Shown one piece after another: positions 44,600-59,686 of a stretch of DNA of 64,000 bases. A model generated the notes under the pieces. It was not told the origin of the DNA, ran no database searches, and saw nothing but the letters and a program-made list of their open reading frames with translations. A program made the translations under genes and the position numbers. The stretch is from the human T2T-CHM13v2.0 reference genome, Homo sapiens, in NCBI RefSeq assembly GCF_009914755.1, contig NC_060947.1; one strand, written 5' to 3'. The stretch's first letter is position 1. Each line of letters begins with the position of its first letter.

Positions 44600-45680
44600 G
44601 TTTGTCAGAGAGGAGAGCTGTTCACATAAGGAGCTCTAGAAACCTGTACAGAAGACCTTTTGAGTCTTTGACCTTTTTTTTCACTTTTTACTATGTACAA
44701 ATACATAGTTGTGCAGTGCATGTGCCCAGAGTCCTCAAGGTGAGTAAGAACTTCAACTGAGGAAAGAAGAGATATTTGAGAATAATTACCAGGGAGCCAT
44801 AAAGTAAGCAATCACTAGAGCTCCCAAAGGGTTGGGAAGTGGTTGATTTTTGACCAGTAAGAATGGAGTTTTTTTTTTTTTTTTAACACTTTGAGAATTC
44901 AGTAGATACCTCAAAAGGCCACAATTTATGAGTTAATTTAGTCCTAGAGTAAAGGCCACCCTAGCCTCACCATAATGTATCCTAAAAATAAGCCTCAATG
45001 GAGGTTGCCGTGAGCCTAGATGGTGCCACTGCACTCCAGTCTGGGTGACAGAGCAAGACTCTGTCTCAAAAAACAAACAAACAAAGCAAACAAACAAATA
45101 GAGCCTCAAAAGGGTACAGGGGATATGCAAGTAATTTAACTTTCTGCCAAAACAAACTTAATACTCGATTAATGACTAAAACCCAGACACTCAACAATAT
45201 AACAACCATAATGTTTTTCATTTACAATAAAAAAATAACAAAGAGGCAGAAAAAATGTGATCTGAAGAAGAAAATAATTAATCAAAAGAAACTGATCCAG
45301 AAATGAAAGAGATAATGCAATTAGCAGATGTGGACTTTAAAATAGCTATTATGAATTTGTTGACTTTTTAAAGGAAAATGTAAGTATAATGAGGATGCAA
45401 ATAGGGGATTTCACATAAAACTATAAAAAGTACTGGTTGAAACTTCCAGGGACAAAGTATTCAATATCTGACTGTAAAAAACAAAACAAAACAAAAGTGG
45501 CTGGATTTAATAACAGATTAAATGTAACAGAATAAAAGATAAACGCACATCAACAGAAATCATCCAAACTAATGTCTAACAAACATTTACCTAGAAAATT
45601 CCCAAATGTTTGTATATTAAGCCACAGACTACTAAATAGCACATGGTTCAATGAAGAAATTAAAAGAGAAATTGAGGCCA
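44600..45680 (+). mobile_element. Old L1M 5'/ORF1 fragments containing an Alu 3' fragment (44998-45098)
   Basis: actttaaaatagctattat; Alu gaggttgccgtgagc...ctgtctcaaaa with TSD ending agcctcaa. Confidence 0.6.
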
Positions 45681-45708
45681 AGTTTAGGAAAGGAAAGAAA
45701 CAACCCAC

Positions 45709-46020
45709 CAGTACATTCTTCCTAAAACCCCAAAATTTCTTCTTCGTCTCTCTAGCCAAACTTTTTGTACATCCATTATCTCCCCAATTACATTTATTAA
45801 TTTGCACATTCAATCAGCAAAAAAAGCCTCAACAGGAGCTTATTCTATATACCAGGTGCCTTCTTCCTTACGATAGTGGTAGAAAAGTTTGTTTTTTTTT
45901 TAAACTGAAATTTAGGTGTACTTTAGAGACAGATCATTATCTTTATTAGTATAGAAGAAAGCATCAGCTATTTATTTCCTACGGTTACAATTTGGACAAA
46001 AGATGTAAGCTTCAAAGTTC
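45709..46020 (-). pseudogene. Pseudo-exon, 312 nt (NFEAYIFCPNCNRRK*IADAFFY...IMDVQKVWLERRRRNFGVLGRMY)
   Basis: Acceptor aatttcactctag, donor gtgggt, single frame with 5 stops, all 3 CpGs in Arg codons. Confidence 0.45.
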
Positions 46021-46094
46021 CTAGAGTGAAATTTAATCAATAAGGAGTTTTTTTTTTTTTTTATTCCACAGAAATCTAAGCACACTTGTCTTAT

Positions 46095-46749
<655 letters not shown>

Positions 46750-47163
46750 CTTGTGGGAGAGATACAGGTAGACAATATTAATTCAACTTTGCAGTTTACA
46801 TAACTGTAGTGTTTGCAGTTCACATACATTTGTTCATATGGTCCTCTGATCAACCTTGTGAAGAATCTATTATCTTTTTATTTCACAGTGAAGCAAAAAG
46901 TGGCCTGGAAATACTAAATGATTCCCTTCAATGTTATTGGTAGCAAGTGCCAGAGCCTGATCTTGAGTCAAAAAACAGCTGGCATGAAGTTTCTTGCTCT
47001 TTTCTTCTACAGTTCACATAGGTTCTGATCTCTCTAAAGTGCAAGAAGCTAGCATCTATTTTGAAATACTTTATACTCATGAAAATGTGGGTGATAAAAA
47101 TGTAACTTTATCTGGCTTAAGTTCAACATTAAACAATGTATTTTGTAACTATATGAAGCTTAC

Positions 47164-47302
47164 CTTCAAGTTTTAGAACTTTCTTTTATCTAAACTCTCA
47201 AACTATCCACATCCAACTTGGACTGTTGTGCTTTTTATTAAAGAAACATTATTATTTTTTATAGGATTAAGACTCTACCTTCTTCATGAACATGAATTCA
47301 GC
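47164..47302 (-). pseudogene. Tentative pseudo-exon, 139 nt
   Basis: Acceptor ttattactttag, donor aag|gtaagc; all frames contain stops. Confidence 0.4.
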
Positions 47303-47509
47303 CTAAAGTAATAATTTTTTTTTTAAAATAGTAAATTTATATTCTAAGTTTTACTTATTTGAATTCTGGTTTTAAATTTTCTCAAATTTAATTTTTGAAA
47401 TAATACTGGGAAGTTCTCCCAATAATCTTACATTCAGGGTTGCTCAAGCCAACATAATCATGGATACATGTTATTATGGTTATTAATAACATCACCATCA
47501 TCATTATAA

Positions 47510-47745
47510 TTACGATAGCTAAGCATTTATTGAACACTTTCTCCTTCTCATGCGTATTATCTCATATGATCTTCACAACAGTTTAATGAGAAGTTATTCT
47601 CATTATTTCCATATGTAAAATGAGAAAACTAAGGCTCAGAGAGTTTAAATAATGTGTCCCAGGTAACATAGCCCCTAGGGTTGGAGGCAGAGTTAGGGCC
47701 CAAGCAATTTTTCGCAAAAGCATGTGAGTTTGCCCCCATACTACA
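47510..47745 (-). mobile_element. MIR
   Basis: tgagaaaactaaggctcagagagtttaaataa..cccagg. Confidence 0.75.
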
Positions 47746-47883
47746 CTGCTTCTTTTCTATGATACCTGATCTTTTACCTCAGAGTACTTCTACTTTTTTA
47801 ACTTCAAACCTCTTTGGTTTTTGCCAGCATCATTTAGGCTTTTGCAATACCAATAAAAAAAAATTGTATATTCTTAGTCTTAC

Positions 47884-48022
47884 ATGTATTACACCCTTAG
47901 AGTTGCATAACACAGTTTGAGAAATCTTGTGTAACCTCCACTCTTGTTTCACTTGTAATTACAATTACAATGATTTTAAGTTGAAAGAAAAGCTGTATTT
48001 GGGTTTGATAAGATAAACATAT
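47884..48022 (-). pseudogene. Tentative pseudo-exon, 139 nt
   Basis: Donor gtaaga, AG acceptor; the best frame has one stop. Confidence 0.4.
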
Positions 48023-48712
48023 CTATATATATGCATATAATTTAAATAGATATTTGACACTATACGCAATTGTGGGACCTTGTTGAACAGTTTCTTTTAA
48101 GTATATTGATTTTGTATCTGGTGCTGGAGCTTGAAGTCTGCAGAATAGGCAGTTGGGAAGGGGATAAATGTGAAGTGGGAAATAAAAAGAATAAGCCAGA
48201 TGATATGAAGATGGACTGGATTTCCTGTTGGTCTCTCACTGCTTCTAAATTCAATGATGTTGGTGCCATGCGGAAGATGGTATTTTTCATCAAGGAGTTA
48301 AAAACATCTGACCCAGGAGCCAGAGAACCTTGAGGATCCATGGGGAGGAGAAACACCTGAAGGCCTGTTCCTGCCTCCATGCCAAAATGATCAGTCATAA
48401 GTGACGACATGTGTGAACGTGGTGCCCCTGCACCAACCTTCCAAGTATAAAAGTAATTTGGCTGCTATTTCATTTCTGCCTTCCAAATCTCACACAAAAT
48501 GACTCTTGTGACCCTTGATAACTCAGAGCTATACAGGGAATGAAATTCTGAGAAACATAATTCCAACTTAGCAGCTAAGTTGACAATACAGCTCCACTAC
48601 ATATGCTATCCATAGTATAGCAAAGCCCACTGAGAATTAGAACCTAGGTCTCTGTTGACACTGAGCACACTCTGAAACTCTGAAATTCTGGTTATGAGAG
48701 ATTGCAAGTTAC

Positions 48713-49225
48713 CTTATTATTGAAGTCAAATTGTCTGTTCTTGCAATTGAATGCATCCTGATATAATAATCAGCACATTATTAGGAACATCCACCCTCAC
48801 AAAGTAGAATGTAAGAGAATGAAACACAGGGAAAGGAGATTTTTGTTTATGAGGAATGATGGAAGATGGAAGATAAATTAGCAAAAATCGACAATATGGA
48901 GGCTTTTTTGAAAGCTCTGAAATATCAGTAGTTGAGATAGGGAACCATTAAGGAGAAGTCATATATTTTATGTTTTGGCAGGAAGTCAGCCCAGTTGGCA
49001 GAGAAGGAATGTTTTTAATTGTCTCCCTCATGTACATTTGTTTCAGAACAAATATCCTTTGCAATATTATGTTTTTGATTTTTAAAATGCACTTCTCTAG
49101 TTCATATTGTAAAACTAGGAAAGAAGCATTAAACATGCATTTTATGGATGGATTCCCGGGGGGAAGTACACACCACACTCAAATCCACTTTAGTGACATT
49201 ACATGACACAAGCTGAAGTGTTTTA
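48713..49225 (-). pseudogene. Pseudo-exon, 513 nt, nearly open frame
   Basis: Acceptor ttgtttttattttaatttag, donor aag|gtaact; first 165 codons contain only 2 stops (includes ORF 48948-49178). Confidence 0.65.
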
Positions 49226-49296
49226 CTAAATTAAAATAAAAACAAGGGGCTTTCCTCTTCACTAAATATACTAGAGTGCATGACAATATTCTTTAC

Positions 49297-49441
49297 TACA
49301 TAAACTTGTCATTTTTCAATATGTGTCTTCTTATTTTCTATCATCACTAAAGCTAAGCTCTGGTTTGAAACTCAGATTCCTATGCCTAACAGTAAATTAA
49401 TACTTTTTAAACACACAAAAATACCAGAATCCTGCTACACA
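49297..49441 (-). pseudogene. Pseudo-exon, 145 nt (CVAGFWYFCVFKKY*FTVRHRNLSFKPELSFSDDRK*...)
   Basis: Strong acceptor gtgtttttccttcag; phase 1 end matches the 513-nt exon across a 71-nt intron. Confidence 0.45.
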
Positions 49442-50617
49442 CTGAAGGAAAAACACAACAGTGTTACACTCTGTAAAATCATCAATGTAAAATCAGGTAC
49501 ACTAAATCAGGTACACTAAATCTTGAGTATTCATTTGCCTATGTAGTTTAACAACCAATCTTAAACAATTTTTATGGAACTATTTTGTTTATAGGATAAA
49601 CTCCAAATTCCTTAGAGATACCTTTTGAGACATGGCTTAGTACCCCTTTCAAACATCCCTAAAACACAGTTTTTCCCAACTACCCTATCTCCTTTGAACA
49701 CGAGCATGACGCTTATCTTTCTCATTTCATTCTTTTGGCAGAGGATATACCTCTCCTCCACCTAGGAAATGCCAGCTTAGATACTGCTTCCTCTGGGAAG
49801 AGAGGTTCTGCATCCATTACCCAAGCAGAATCAATTCTGTTTTCTCTTTTATCTATATTTACGTAGCACTTTGTATCTACCTTGGTTTTGGCATGTAACA
49901 GACTCACATTTTCATTGATTGTTTATGTATTTCTTCTCTTGCTAAACTGCAATCTGAACCATTTGAAATCATAGTCATCTTTTCAGAAGTATTTACTAAA
50001 CTCTCAAGATTTGAAAATGAATATGACATTGTAACAAATCTATGGATAAGGTGTGATGGAGACCTCAAAGGTTGAAACATTAGTATTGGTTTTCACCTGG
50101 AAGAATGAGAGCACTCTAGATATTACATGGATTTTGAAGAATGAAGAGGAGTGCCCCTCATAGACACATGGGAAAGGTGAAAATTTAGGCCACATGACGA
50201 GGCAAAGAAAACAGCTTTGGCAACCATATAATTTTCATCCTCCTTTCTGTAGCATCTCACACAATACCTGGCACAAGTTAATATCTCAACAGATTTTTTT
50301 AATGAGTATATAAAGCAACAAAGAAAATCTCAGCAAATTCCCAAAGGTAAAATATCTTACAGATCACATTCTCTAACCAATATCCAGTAAATCGAGAAGT
50401 TACACAAAATTATAGCATTTGAATGACCAACAAGATATATTTAACGCACACACACATACACACTTAGAAATTAACAATAATTATTTTAAGCTACTCTTGG
50501 TTAAAGAAGTAACCAAAGTGAATATGAAGATAGTAAGGAAAGAAAAAGAGAAAGATATAAGCTAGCCAAATATAAAGTTAGCATACAGGAAATAGCTTTC
50601 AATTTACCTATAGTTAC

Positions 50618-51508
<891 letters not shown>

Positions 51509-51736
51509 CTATAATTAGGTTCTATTAATTTCAGCATCACACTTACAAGTATAAAATCTGTATCAGACAGAATTGACTCATGCATATAAAGGTATATATA
51601 TATAAAATATGTATGTGTATCTATAAATTGAAATTGCATCTCATTACTTTGATTTGCATATATATAAAATAACAGTGGCTTAAATAATTTTTTTTTTCTT
51701 TCTCAATTAAGAACTCAGGCTGCCCTTGGCTGATAT

Positions 51737-52517
51737 TGTATCCGGAATTGGTTCCTTGCGGTGGGTTCTTGGTCTCACTGACTTCAAGAATGAAGCCCAC
51801 TGTGAATGTTACAGTTCTTAAAGATGGTGTGTCTGGAGTTTGTTCCTTCGGATGTTCAGATGCGTCCAGAGTTTCTTCCTTCCAGTGGGTTCCTGGTCTA
51901 GCTGACTTCAGGAGTGAAGTGGCAGACCTTCCCAGTTAGTGTTACAGCTCTTAAAGGTGGTGCCTCTGGAGTTGTTTGTTCTTCCCGGTACGTTCCTGGT
52001 CTCACTGACTTCAGGAATGAAGCCCCAGACTCTTGCAGACCCTTGCTGTGAGTGTTACAGCTCATAAAGGTAGAGCGGACCCAAAGAGCGAGCAGCAGCA
52101 AGATTTATGGTGAAGAGCGAAAGAACAAACAAACCACTTCATTTAAGGGGACCAGAGTGGATTGCAGCTGCTGGCTCCAGTGACCAGCTTTTATTCCCTT
52201 ATTTGGGCCCGCCCAAGACCTGCTGATTGGTCCATTTTACAGAGCACTAATTGGTCCATTTTACAGAGTGCTGATTGGTCCATTTTTACAGAGTGCTGAT
52301 TGGTGCATTTACAAACCTTTAGCTAGACACAGAGCGCTCTTTAGTGCATTTTTACAGAGTGCTGATTGGTGCGTTTACAAACCTTTAGCTAGACACAGAG
52401 TGCTGATTGGTGCGTGTATACCGAGTGCTGATTGGTGCATTTACAAACCTCTAGCTAGACAGAAAAGTTCTCCAAGTCTACACTTGACCCAGGAAGTCCA
52501 GTTGGCCTCACCTCTCA
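51737..52517 (-). mobile_element. LTR12 (ERV9) solo LTR
   Basis: Termini tgtatccggaatt / cacctctca, 4-nt TSD atat, gttacagctcttaaagg repeats. Confidence 0.93.
52184..52460 (-). promoter_or_regulatory. LTR12 U3 array of seven CCAAT boxes (NF-Y-type) plus AATAAAA element
   Basis: Seven ct(g/a)attggt copies at 52223-52436; ccagcttttatt at 52184. Confidence 0.7.
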
Positions 52518-52883
52518 ATATGGTGGCTTCACTCCTGCTACCATTCTACTCTACTAGCTTTAAATCTAGCACTGATCCTCCAGAATGTTTCATATTCTCA
52601 AGTGACTGCAGGAGATGCAGTTATCACATGGACTTTCAAGACAGATAAAAGGAAGTAGGAAAAGAAAGGGGGAAAATATATATATATATGTATGAGCAAA
52701 GTCAGTGCTTTTTGAGGAGATTTTAAAGAAACCCCAACCAATGACTTCCACTTATTTATCATTGGCCATCCCTAGATGCAAGAGGGATTGGATAAAATAA
52801 TCCTTTGCTCTTCCTTATATTCTTCTGGAATATAATCAAGATTCTATGTATTTACATATAAAAAATGAATATTAAATAGTCCC

Positions 52884-53266
52884 TGATATGGCTTGGATTT
52901 GTGTCCCCGTCCATATCTCATGTCAAATTGTAATCTCCAGTGTTAGAGGAGGGGCCTGCTGGGAGGTGACTGGATCGTGGGGGCATATTTCCCTCTTGCT
53001 ATTGTTGTGATAGTAAGTTCTCATGAGATCTGGTTGTTTAAAAGTGTGTAGCTCCTCCCCCTTTGCTCTCTCTTTCTCCTGGCCCAGCCACGTAGGATGT
53101 ATCTGCTTCCCCTATGCCTTCTGTCATGACTGTAAGTTTACTGAGGCCTCCCCAGCCATGCTTCCTGTACAGCCTGTGGAACTGTGAGCCAATTAAACTT
53201 TTTTTCCCTTATAAATTACTTAGTCTCAGGTAGTTCTTTATAGCAATGTGAGAATGGACCAATACA
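52884..53266 (+). mobile_element. MSTA solo LTR
   Basis: tgatatgg ... aataca, perfect 5-nt TSD gtccc. Confidence 0.92.
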
Positions 53267-53289
53267 GTCCCAATTTCGCAGGCTTTACA

Positions 53290-54647
53290 ACAGAGCCTAC
53301 ATTCCAGAATTCAAAAAAGTTAATTGGAGATAAAGATCTGAACTTTATTTAAAAGTCTATACAATTATTAGGACAATATTTAGGATAAATCTTTACAACT
53401 TTGTGAGATATAAAAAGGATGATGGGCAAGGTTAATTGCATAAAATTTAAATGAACAACACAAAATAGTCTGTATGTCAAAAGATACTATACACAAATAC
53501 TTAAAGAATTTTTAGATAACATCTAAAATTTAGATAATGGTCTAAAAATCAACAAGCATTTCAGGTAAGAGAAAACACAAATGGCCGGTAAACATGAAAG
53601 ATACTCAACCATGCAGTAATTAGGGGAGTGCCAATCAAAGTAATGAGATACAATTTCAAGTCTATCATTTAGAAATAATTAAAATAATACAACAACAATT
53701 TGAAAGTTAATATCAAAGTCCAGTATGGCATGAACTAACATGCACTCTTACACATGCTACCTTTCTGGAACATAATTCAGTATCTATCAGAATTCTAAAT
53801 GCACACACTCACTGGGCAAGCAATTTCAATTATAGATAGCACTTGTAAATGCATACTTGTGCATATATGAAAATATATCTGTATAAGGAGAGGTCAAAAC
53901 AGCATTGCTTAATTCAGCAGAAATATGAAAACTCCTTACATGTTTATCGACAAGAAAAAAGAAAAATGATAATATTATTTATTAGTTAATTAAAAAAAGA
54001 AAAAAGAAAAAAGATTATTTTATAATCTGCAATGCTTAAAATAAAGAAAATGTATTGTATGTACTGACATAAGCATAATTTGAAGTCAATTTGGTAAGAA
54101 ATAACATCTTTACTATGTTGAGACTGCCAATTCATTAATCAGATATGTTGCTTCATTTATTTAGATCTTATTTTATTAATTGGCCTTTAATAATTTTTAG
54201 CATATGGTTTTTAACATGTTAAGTTTTGTATCTAAATATGTTATATTTTGGAGAGATTGCAAATGGTATTATGTCTTAAATTTTTGTTTCCACAAGTTCA
54301 TTGTTAGTATACAAGTATGGGATTGATTTTTGTGTATTGATCATGTATCCTGCAACCTTGAGGAACTCACTTATTAGTTCCAGGAGACTTGTTTGTTTTT
54401 ATTGCTTATTTCTTCTGATTTTCTATGTAAATAATAATATCACATGCAGACAGGAACAGTTTTATCTCTCTTTGTAATCTACATGATTTTAATTTTCTTT
54501 TCTTGACTCATTGAAGTAGCTAGAACTCCCAGGACTATGTTGAATAAGAGTGATGAGAATAAGCAATTTTACCTTTGTTTCTGATGAACTTAAGGCAAAA
54601 GCATTCAGAATGTCAGCATTAAGAATAATGTTAGCTTTAGTCACACA

Positions 54648-54715
<68 letters not shown>

Positions 54716-55610
54716 TTGTTCTCTTTTCTCTCACTCTCTCTATATATATATACACACAGATATATATATCTGTGTGTGTGTGTAAAATTGTATACTTATA
54801 TCAAGTATAAATTTTTCTCCTCTCCTGATTTGCTGAGTTTGGGTGTTGGATTTTGTCAAATCCTTTTTTCTTCATCAATTAATATGATCATATAATTTGT
54901 CCTTGCTAGCCTTTTGATAGGTTGAACTATTTTGATTGAAACACAATTGATATCATTCACAGTGACAGCTTTGCGTATCTGGAATAAAGCTCATGTTGTC
55001 ATGGCATATTCATCTTTGTATACATTGCTGGGTTTATTTTTATATGTATATATATATTTTTTTTAGAAATTTTCAACCTGAATTTTAACTAATTCCATCT
55101 TTTAAATGTTCCTGAACTATTCATATTTTCTACCTAATCTCGGTTAAGTTCTAGTAGTTTGTGATTTTTAAGGAAGAGGACCTATTTCTTCTAAGATGTT
55201 AATTTACAACCATGGAGTTTTCATAGTGGTCCATCTATTATTCTTTTAATGATTATATAATCTCTAGTAAAAGCTCCTACTAAATTCATGATATTGGTGA
55301 TTTGTATCTCATTTATATTTTATCAGGCTTGTGAGACATTAATTTTTATTTATTTTGTCAAAGACACACATTTTATTTTATTGATTTTCTCTATTGTTTT
55401 CCTTCTTTCAGATTTACTGATAACTGTGTTTATCTTTAATATAGCCATCCCCTTGCTTGATTTAATTTGATTTTGCTCCTTAATAAGAACTTAAGTTATT
55501 AATTTAAGACATTTTCTTGTTGTTGATGAAAGAATTCAATGCTATAATTTTTTATCTCTACACTGCTTTAGCACTATTCACATATTTTGATGTTGTATTT
55601 TCAGTAATTA
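53290..55610. mobile_element. Old L1M fragments (plus to ~54075, then minus)
   Basis: Degenerate ORF2 motifs, e.g. gtatcctgcaaccttg and actatgttgaataagagtg. Confidence 0.65.
54643..54783. repeat. Compound (CA)(CT)n(TA)n/(TG)n microsatellite
   Basis: Direct read. Confidence 0.95.
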
Positions 55611-55699
55611 TGTTAAATGTAAGTGGACTAAACACTCCTGCCATAATTTAGTAAAGGGGAAAATAGATTTAAAAACTGTATCCTCAGTATAGAGACAAT

Positions 55700-56995
55700 A
55701 ACAAGCAATAGGGAAAAAACTCCCTGTTCAATAAATGGTGCTGGAATAACTGGCTAGCCAAATGCTGAAGAATAAAATAGGACCCCTACCTTTCAACATT
55801 TCAAACAATAACTCAAGGTGGATTAAAAATTTAAACTTGAGAGCTGAAAATATAAAAATCTTAAAAGAAAACTTATGAAATTCCATTCCAGGCATCAGCC
55901 TTGGCAAATAATTTTTGGCTAAGTTCCCAAAAAACAATCACAACAAAAACAAAATTGACAAGTGGGACCTAAGTAAACTAAATAGCTTCTGAATAGCAAA
56001 AGAAACTGCCAATAGAGTAAACAGACTACCTACAGAATGGGAGAAAAGAAAATTGCAAACTATGCATCTGACAAAGGTCTAATATTCAGCATTTATATGG
56101 AAATTATACAAATTTTCAAGAAAAAACAACCCCTTTAAAAAGTCGGAAAATGGCATGAACAGATATTTTTCAAAATAAGATATACATGTGGCCAACAAGC
56201 CTATTAAAAATGCTCAGGATCACTAATAATTGCAGAAATGCAAATCAAAAGCACACGGAGATAGCATCTCACACCATTCAGAACAGCCATTATTAAATTA
56301 ACAAAATATACCAGATGATGGTGAGGTTGTGGAAAAAAAAGAGCACTTCCACACTGCTTTGGTGGGAATGTAAATTAGATCAGCTGCTGAGGAAAGCAGT
56401 TTGAAGATTTCTCAAAGAACTTCCAACATTGCCATTCAACCCAGCATTCCCATTACTGGGTATATACACAAAAGAAAGTAAATCATTCTAACAAAAATAC
56501 ACACGCACTTGTGTGTCAATTGCAGCATTATTCACAATAGCAAAGACGTGGAATTACCCTACAGGCCCATCAATACTGGACTAGATAAAGAAAATGTGGT
56601 ACCTATACATCATGAGATGCCACACAGCTATATAAAAGAAGAAAATTATATCCTTCTCAGCAACGTGGATATGGTTGGAAGTCATTATTCTAAGCAAATT
56701 AACACAGGAAAAAAACCAAATACCGTACATTCTCACTTACAAGTTGGAGCTAAACTTTGCATACACATGGACATAAAGATGGGTACAATAGACAGTGGGC
56801 ACTGGGGACTACTAGAGAAGGGAGAGTTTTAGGGAGGAGAGGGCTGTAAAATTAACTATAGGGTGCACGCTCACTACCTGGGTAACAGGGCCATTTGTAT
56901 ACCAAACCTCAGCAACATGCAATTTACTCATGTAACAAACCTGTACATGAACCCCCTGAACATATAATAAAAGTTGAGTAAAATAAATAAATAAA
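55700..56995 (+). mobile_element. L1PA15/16 or L1PB 3' portion
   Basis: ttcaataaatggtgctgg, ccaaacctcagcaacatgcaatttactcatgtaacaaacctg. Confidence 0.85.
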
Positions 56996-57021
56996 GTTCT
57001 CAACTCAGGAACTCAAATTTT

Positions 57022-57180
57022 AGCCAGGTGCATGGCTCAGGTCTGCAACCCCAGAACTTTGGGAGGCTGAGGAAGGTGGATCACTTGAGCTCTGGAGTTC
57101 GAGACCAGCCTGGGCAAGATGGGAAAATCCCATCTTTACTAAATAACACAAAAATTAGCCATGCGAGGCAGAGTACCCCT
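57022..57180 (+). mobile_element. Alu left-arm fragment
   Basis: tttgggaggctgagg ... gagaccagcctggg ... aaaaattagcc. Confidence 0.8.
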
Positions 57181-57454
57181 GTATATAAAATATGTGATCA
57201 TACATTACTTTTTTCTTCCTTCTTTCTGTCGTTATTGTCACAAATTACATCGTAATATATTGTTTAATATTAAGTATTGATTTATAATTATTGTTTTGTG
57301 CAATTGTTTTTTTAAAACATGGGGTAAAAATACAAGTTATAAGTAAAAAACAAATGTATACTATCTTTTTTATTTATTTATGTAGTTACCATTACTGATA
57401 CTCATATCTTCAAGTGAATTTGAGTTACTGTCTAGTATCTTTTCATTTCTGCCT

Positions 57455-59686
57455 TGATATGGTTTGGTTGTGTCCCCACCCAAATCTCATATTGAATTGT
57501 AACTCCCATAATTCCCACATGTTGTGGGAGGAACCCGGTCAGAGGTGATTGAATTATGGGGGCAGATCTTTTCTGCACTGTTCTCATGATGGTGAATGGT
57601 CTCACAAGAATTGATGGTTTTAAAAATGGGAGTTTCCCCACACAAGCTCCCTCTTTGCCTGCTGCCATCCATGTGAGACATGATTTACTTCTCCTTGCTT
57701 TCCACCATTTGTGAGGCCTCCTGAGCCACATGGAACTGCAAGTCCATTAAACCTCTTTCTTTTGTAAATTGCCTGGTATTGGGTATGTCTTTATCAGCAG
57801 CACAAAAATGGACTAATACAGTAAATTGATACCAGTAGAGTGGGGCATTGCTGAAAATATACCCAAAAATGTGGAAGTGACTTTGGAACTGGGTAATGGG
57901 CACAGATCGGGACGGTTTGGAGGGCTCAGAAGAAGACAGGAAAATGTGGGAAAGCTTGGAACTCCCTAGAGACTTGTTGAATAGCTTTGACCAAAATGCT
58001 AATAGTGATATGAACAATAAGGTTCAGGCTGAGGTGGTCTCAGATAGAAATGAGAAACTTATTGGGAATTGGAACAAAGGTGACTCTTGTTATGTTTTAG
58101 CAAAGAGATTGGCAACATTTGCCCCTGCCCTAGAGACGTGTGGGACTCTAAACTTCAGAGACATGATTTAGGGTATCGGGTGGAAGAAATTTCTAAGCAG
58201 CAAAGCATTCAAGAGGTGACTCAGGTGCTGTTAAAGGCATTCAATTTTATAAGGGAAGCAGAGGATAAAAGTTCAGAAAATTTGGAGCCTGACAATGCGA
58301 TAGAAAAGAAAAACCCATTTTCTGAGGAGAAATTCAAGCGGGCTGCAGAAATTTGCGAAAGTAATGAGGAGCCAAATGTTAATCCCCAAGACAACAGGGA
58401 AAATGTCTCCAGGGCATCTCAGAGTTCTTCGTGACAGCCTGTCCCATTACAGGCCTGTAGGCCTAGGAGGAAAAAGTGGTTTCATTGGTTGGGCCCAGGG
58501 TCCCCATGCTGTGTGCAGCCTACGGACTTGGTTCCCTGCATCCCAGCCACTCCAGCCATGGCTGAAAGGGGCCAACATAGAGCTCAGACTGTGGCTTCAG
58601 AGGGTGCAAACCCCAAGCCTTGGCAGCTTCCACCTGGTGTTGAGCCTGTGAGTGCACAGAAGTCAAGAGCTGAGGTTTAGGAACCTCCTTCTAGATTTCA
58701 GAAGATGTGAGAAAATGCCTGGATGAACAGGCTGAAGTTTCCTCTAGGGTTGGGGCTCTCATGGAGAACCTCTGCTAGGGCAGCGCAGAAGGGAAATGTG
58801 GGGTCAGATTCCCCACACAGGGTCCCTACTGTGGCTCCACCTAGTGGAGCTGTGAGCAAAGGGCCACAGTCCTCCAGAACCCAGAATTGTAGATCCACCG
58901 ACAGCTTGCACAGTGTGGCTGGAAAAGCTGCATACACTCAACACCAGCCCATGAAAACAGCCAGGAGGGAGGCTGTACCCTGTAAAGCCACAGGGGTGGA
59001 GCTGCCCAAGACCATGGGAACCCACCTCTTGCATGCAAGACATGGAATCAAAAGAGATAATTTTGGAGCTTTAAGATTTGACTGCCCTGGTGGATTTCGG
59101 ACTTTTATGGGGCCTGTAGCCCCTTTGTTTTGGCCAATTTCTCCCATTTGGAATGGCTGCATTTACCCAATGCCTGTACCCCCATTGTAGCTAGGAAGTA
59201 ACTAACCTGGACTGTGGACTTTTGAGTTAAAGCTGAAATGATTTAAGATTTTGGGAGACTGTTGGGAAGGCATGACTGGTTTTGAAATTTGAGACATGAG
59301 ATTTGGGAGGCCAGGGGCTGAATGATATGGTTTGGCTGTGTCTCCACCCAAATCTCATTTTGAATTGTAACTTCCACAATTCCACCTGTTGTTGGAGAAA
59401 CCCAGTGGGAGGTGATTGAATTATGGGAGCAGGTCTTTCCTGCACTGTTCTCATGATAGTGAGTGAGTCTCCTGAGATCTGAAGGTTTTAAAAATAAGAG
59501 TTTCCCTGCCAAGCTCTCTCTTTGCCTGCTGCCATCCATGTAAAACATAACTTACTCCTTTCCTTCTGCCATGATTGTGAGGGCTCCCCAGCTACATGAT
59601 ACTGTAAGTTCATTAAACTTCTTTCTTTTGTAAATTGCCCAGTCTCAAGTATGTCTTTATCAGCAGCATGAAAATGGACTGATATA
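57455..59686 (+). mobile_element. Full THE1 (B/C-like) element: LTR 57455-57820, internal, LTR 59323-59686
   Basis: Two LTRs starting tgatatggtttgg; internal peptide EGSEEDRKMWESLELPRDLLN; TSD tgcct/agcct. Confidence 0.93.

Noticed and set aside
49490-49522. 14-nt tandem duplication aaatcaggtacact (a similar one lies at ~27635-27665)
   Set aside because: Ordinary slippage duplication with no visible function
52220-52460. Periodic ~40-nt repeats resembling a CRISPR-like array
   Set aside because: Normal LTR12 U3 tandem repeats, with no unique spacers
57896-59190. Overlapping ORFs of 79-155 aa
   Set aside because: Fragments of the decayed THE1 internal ORF
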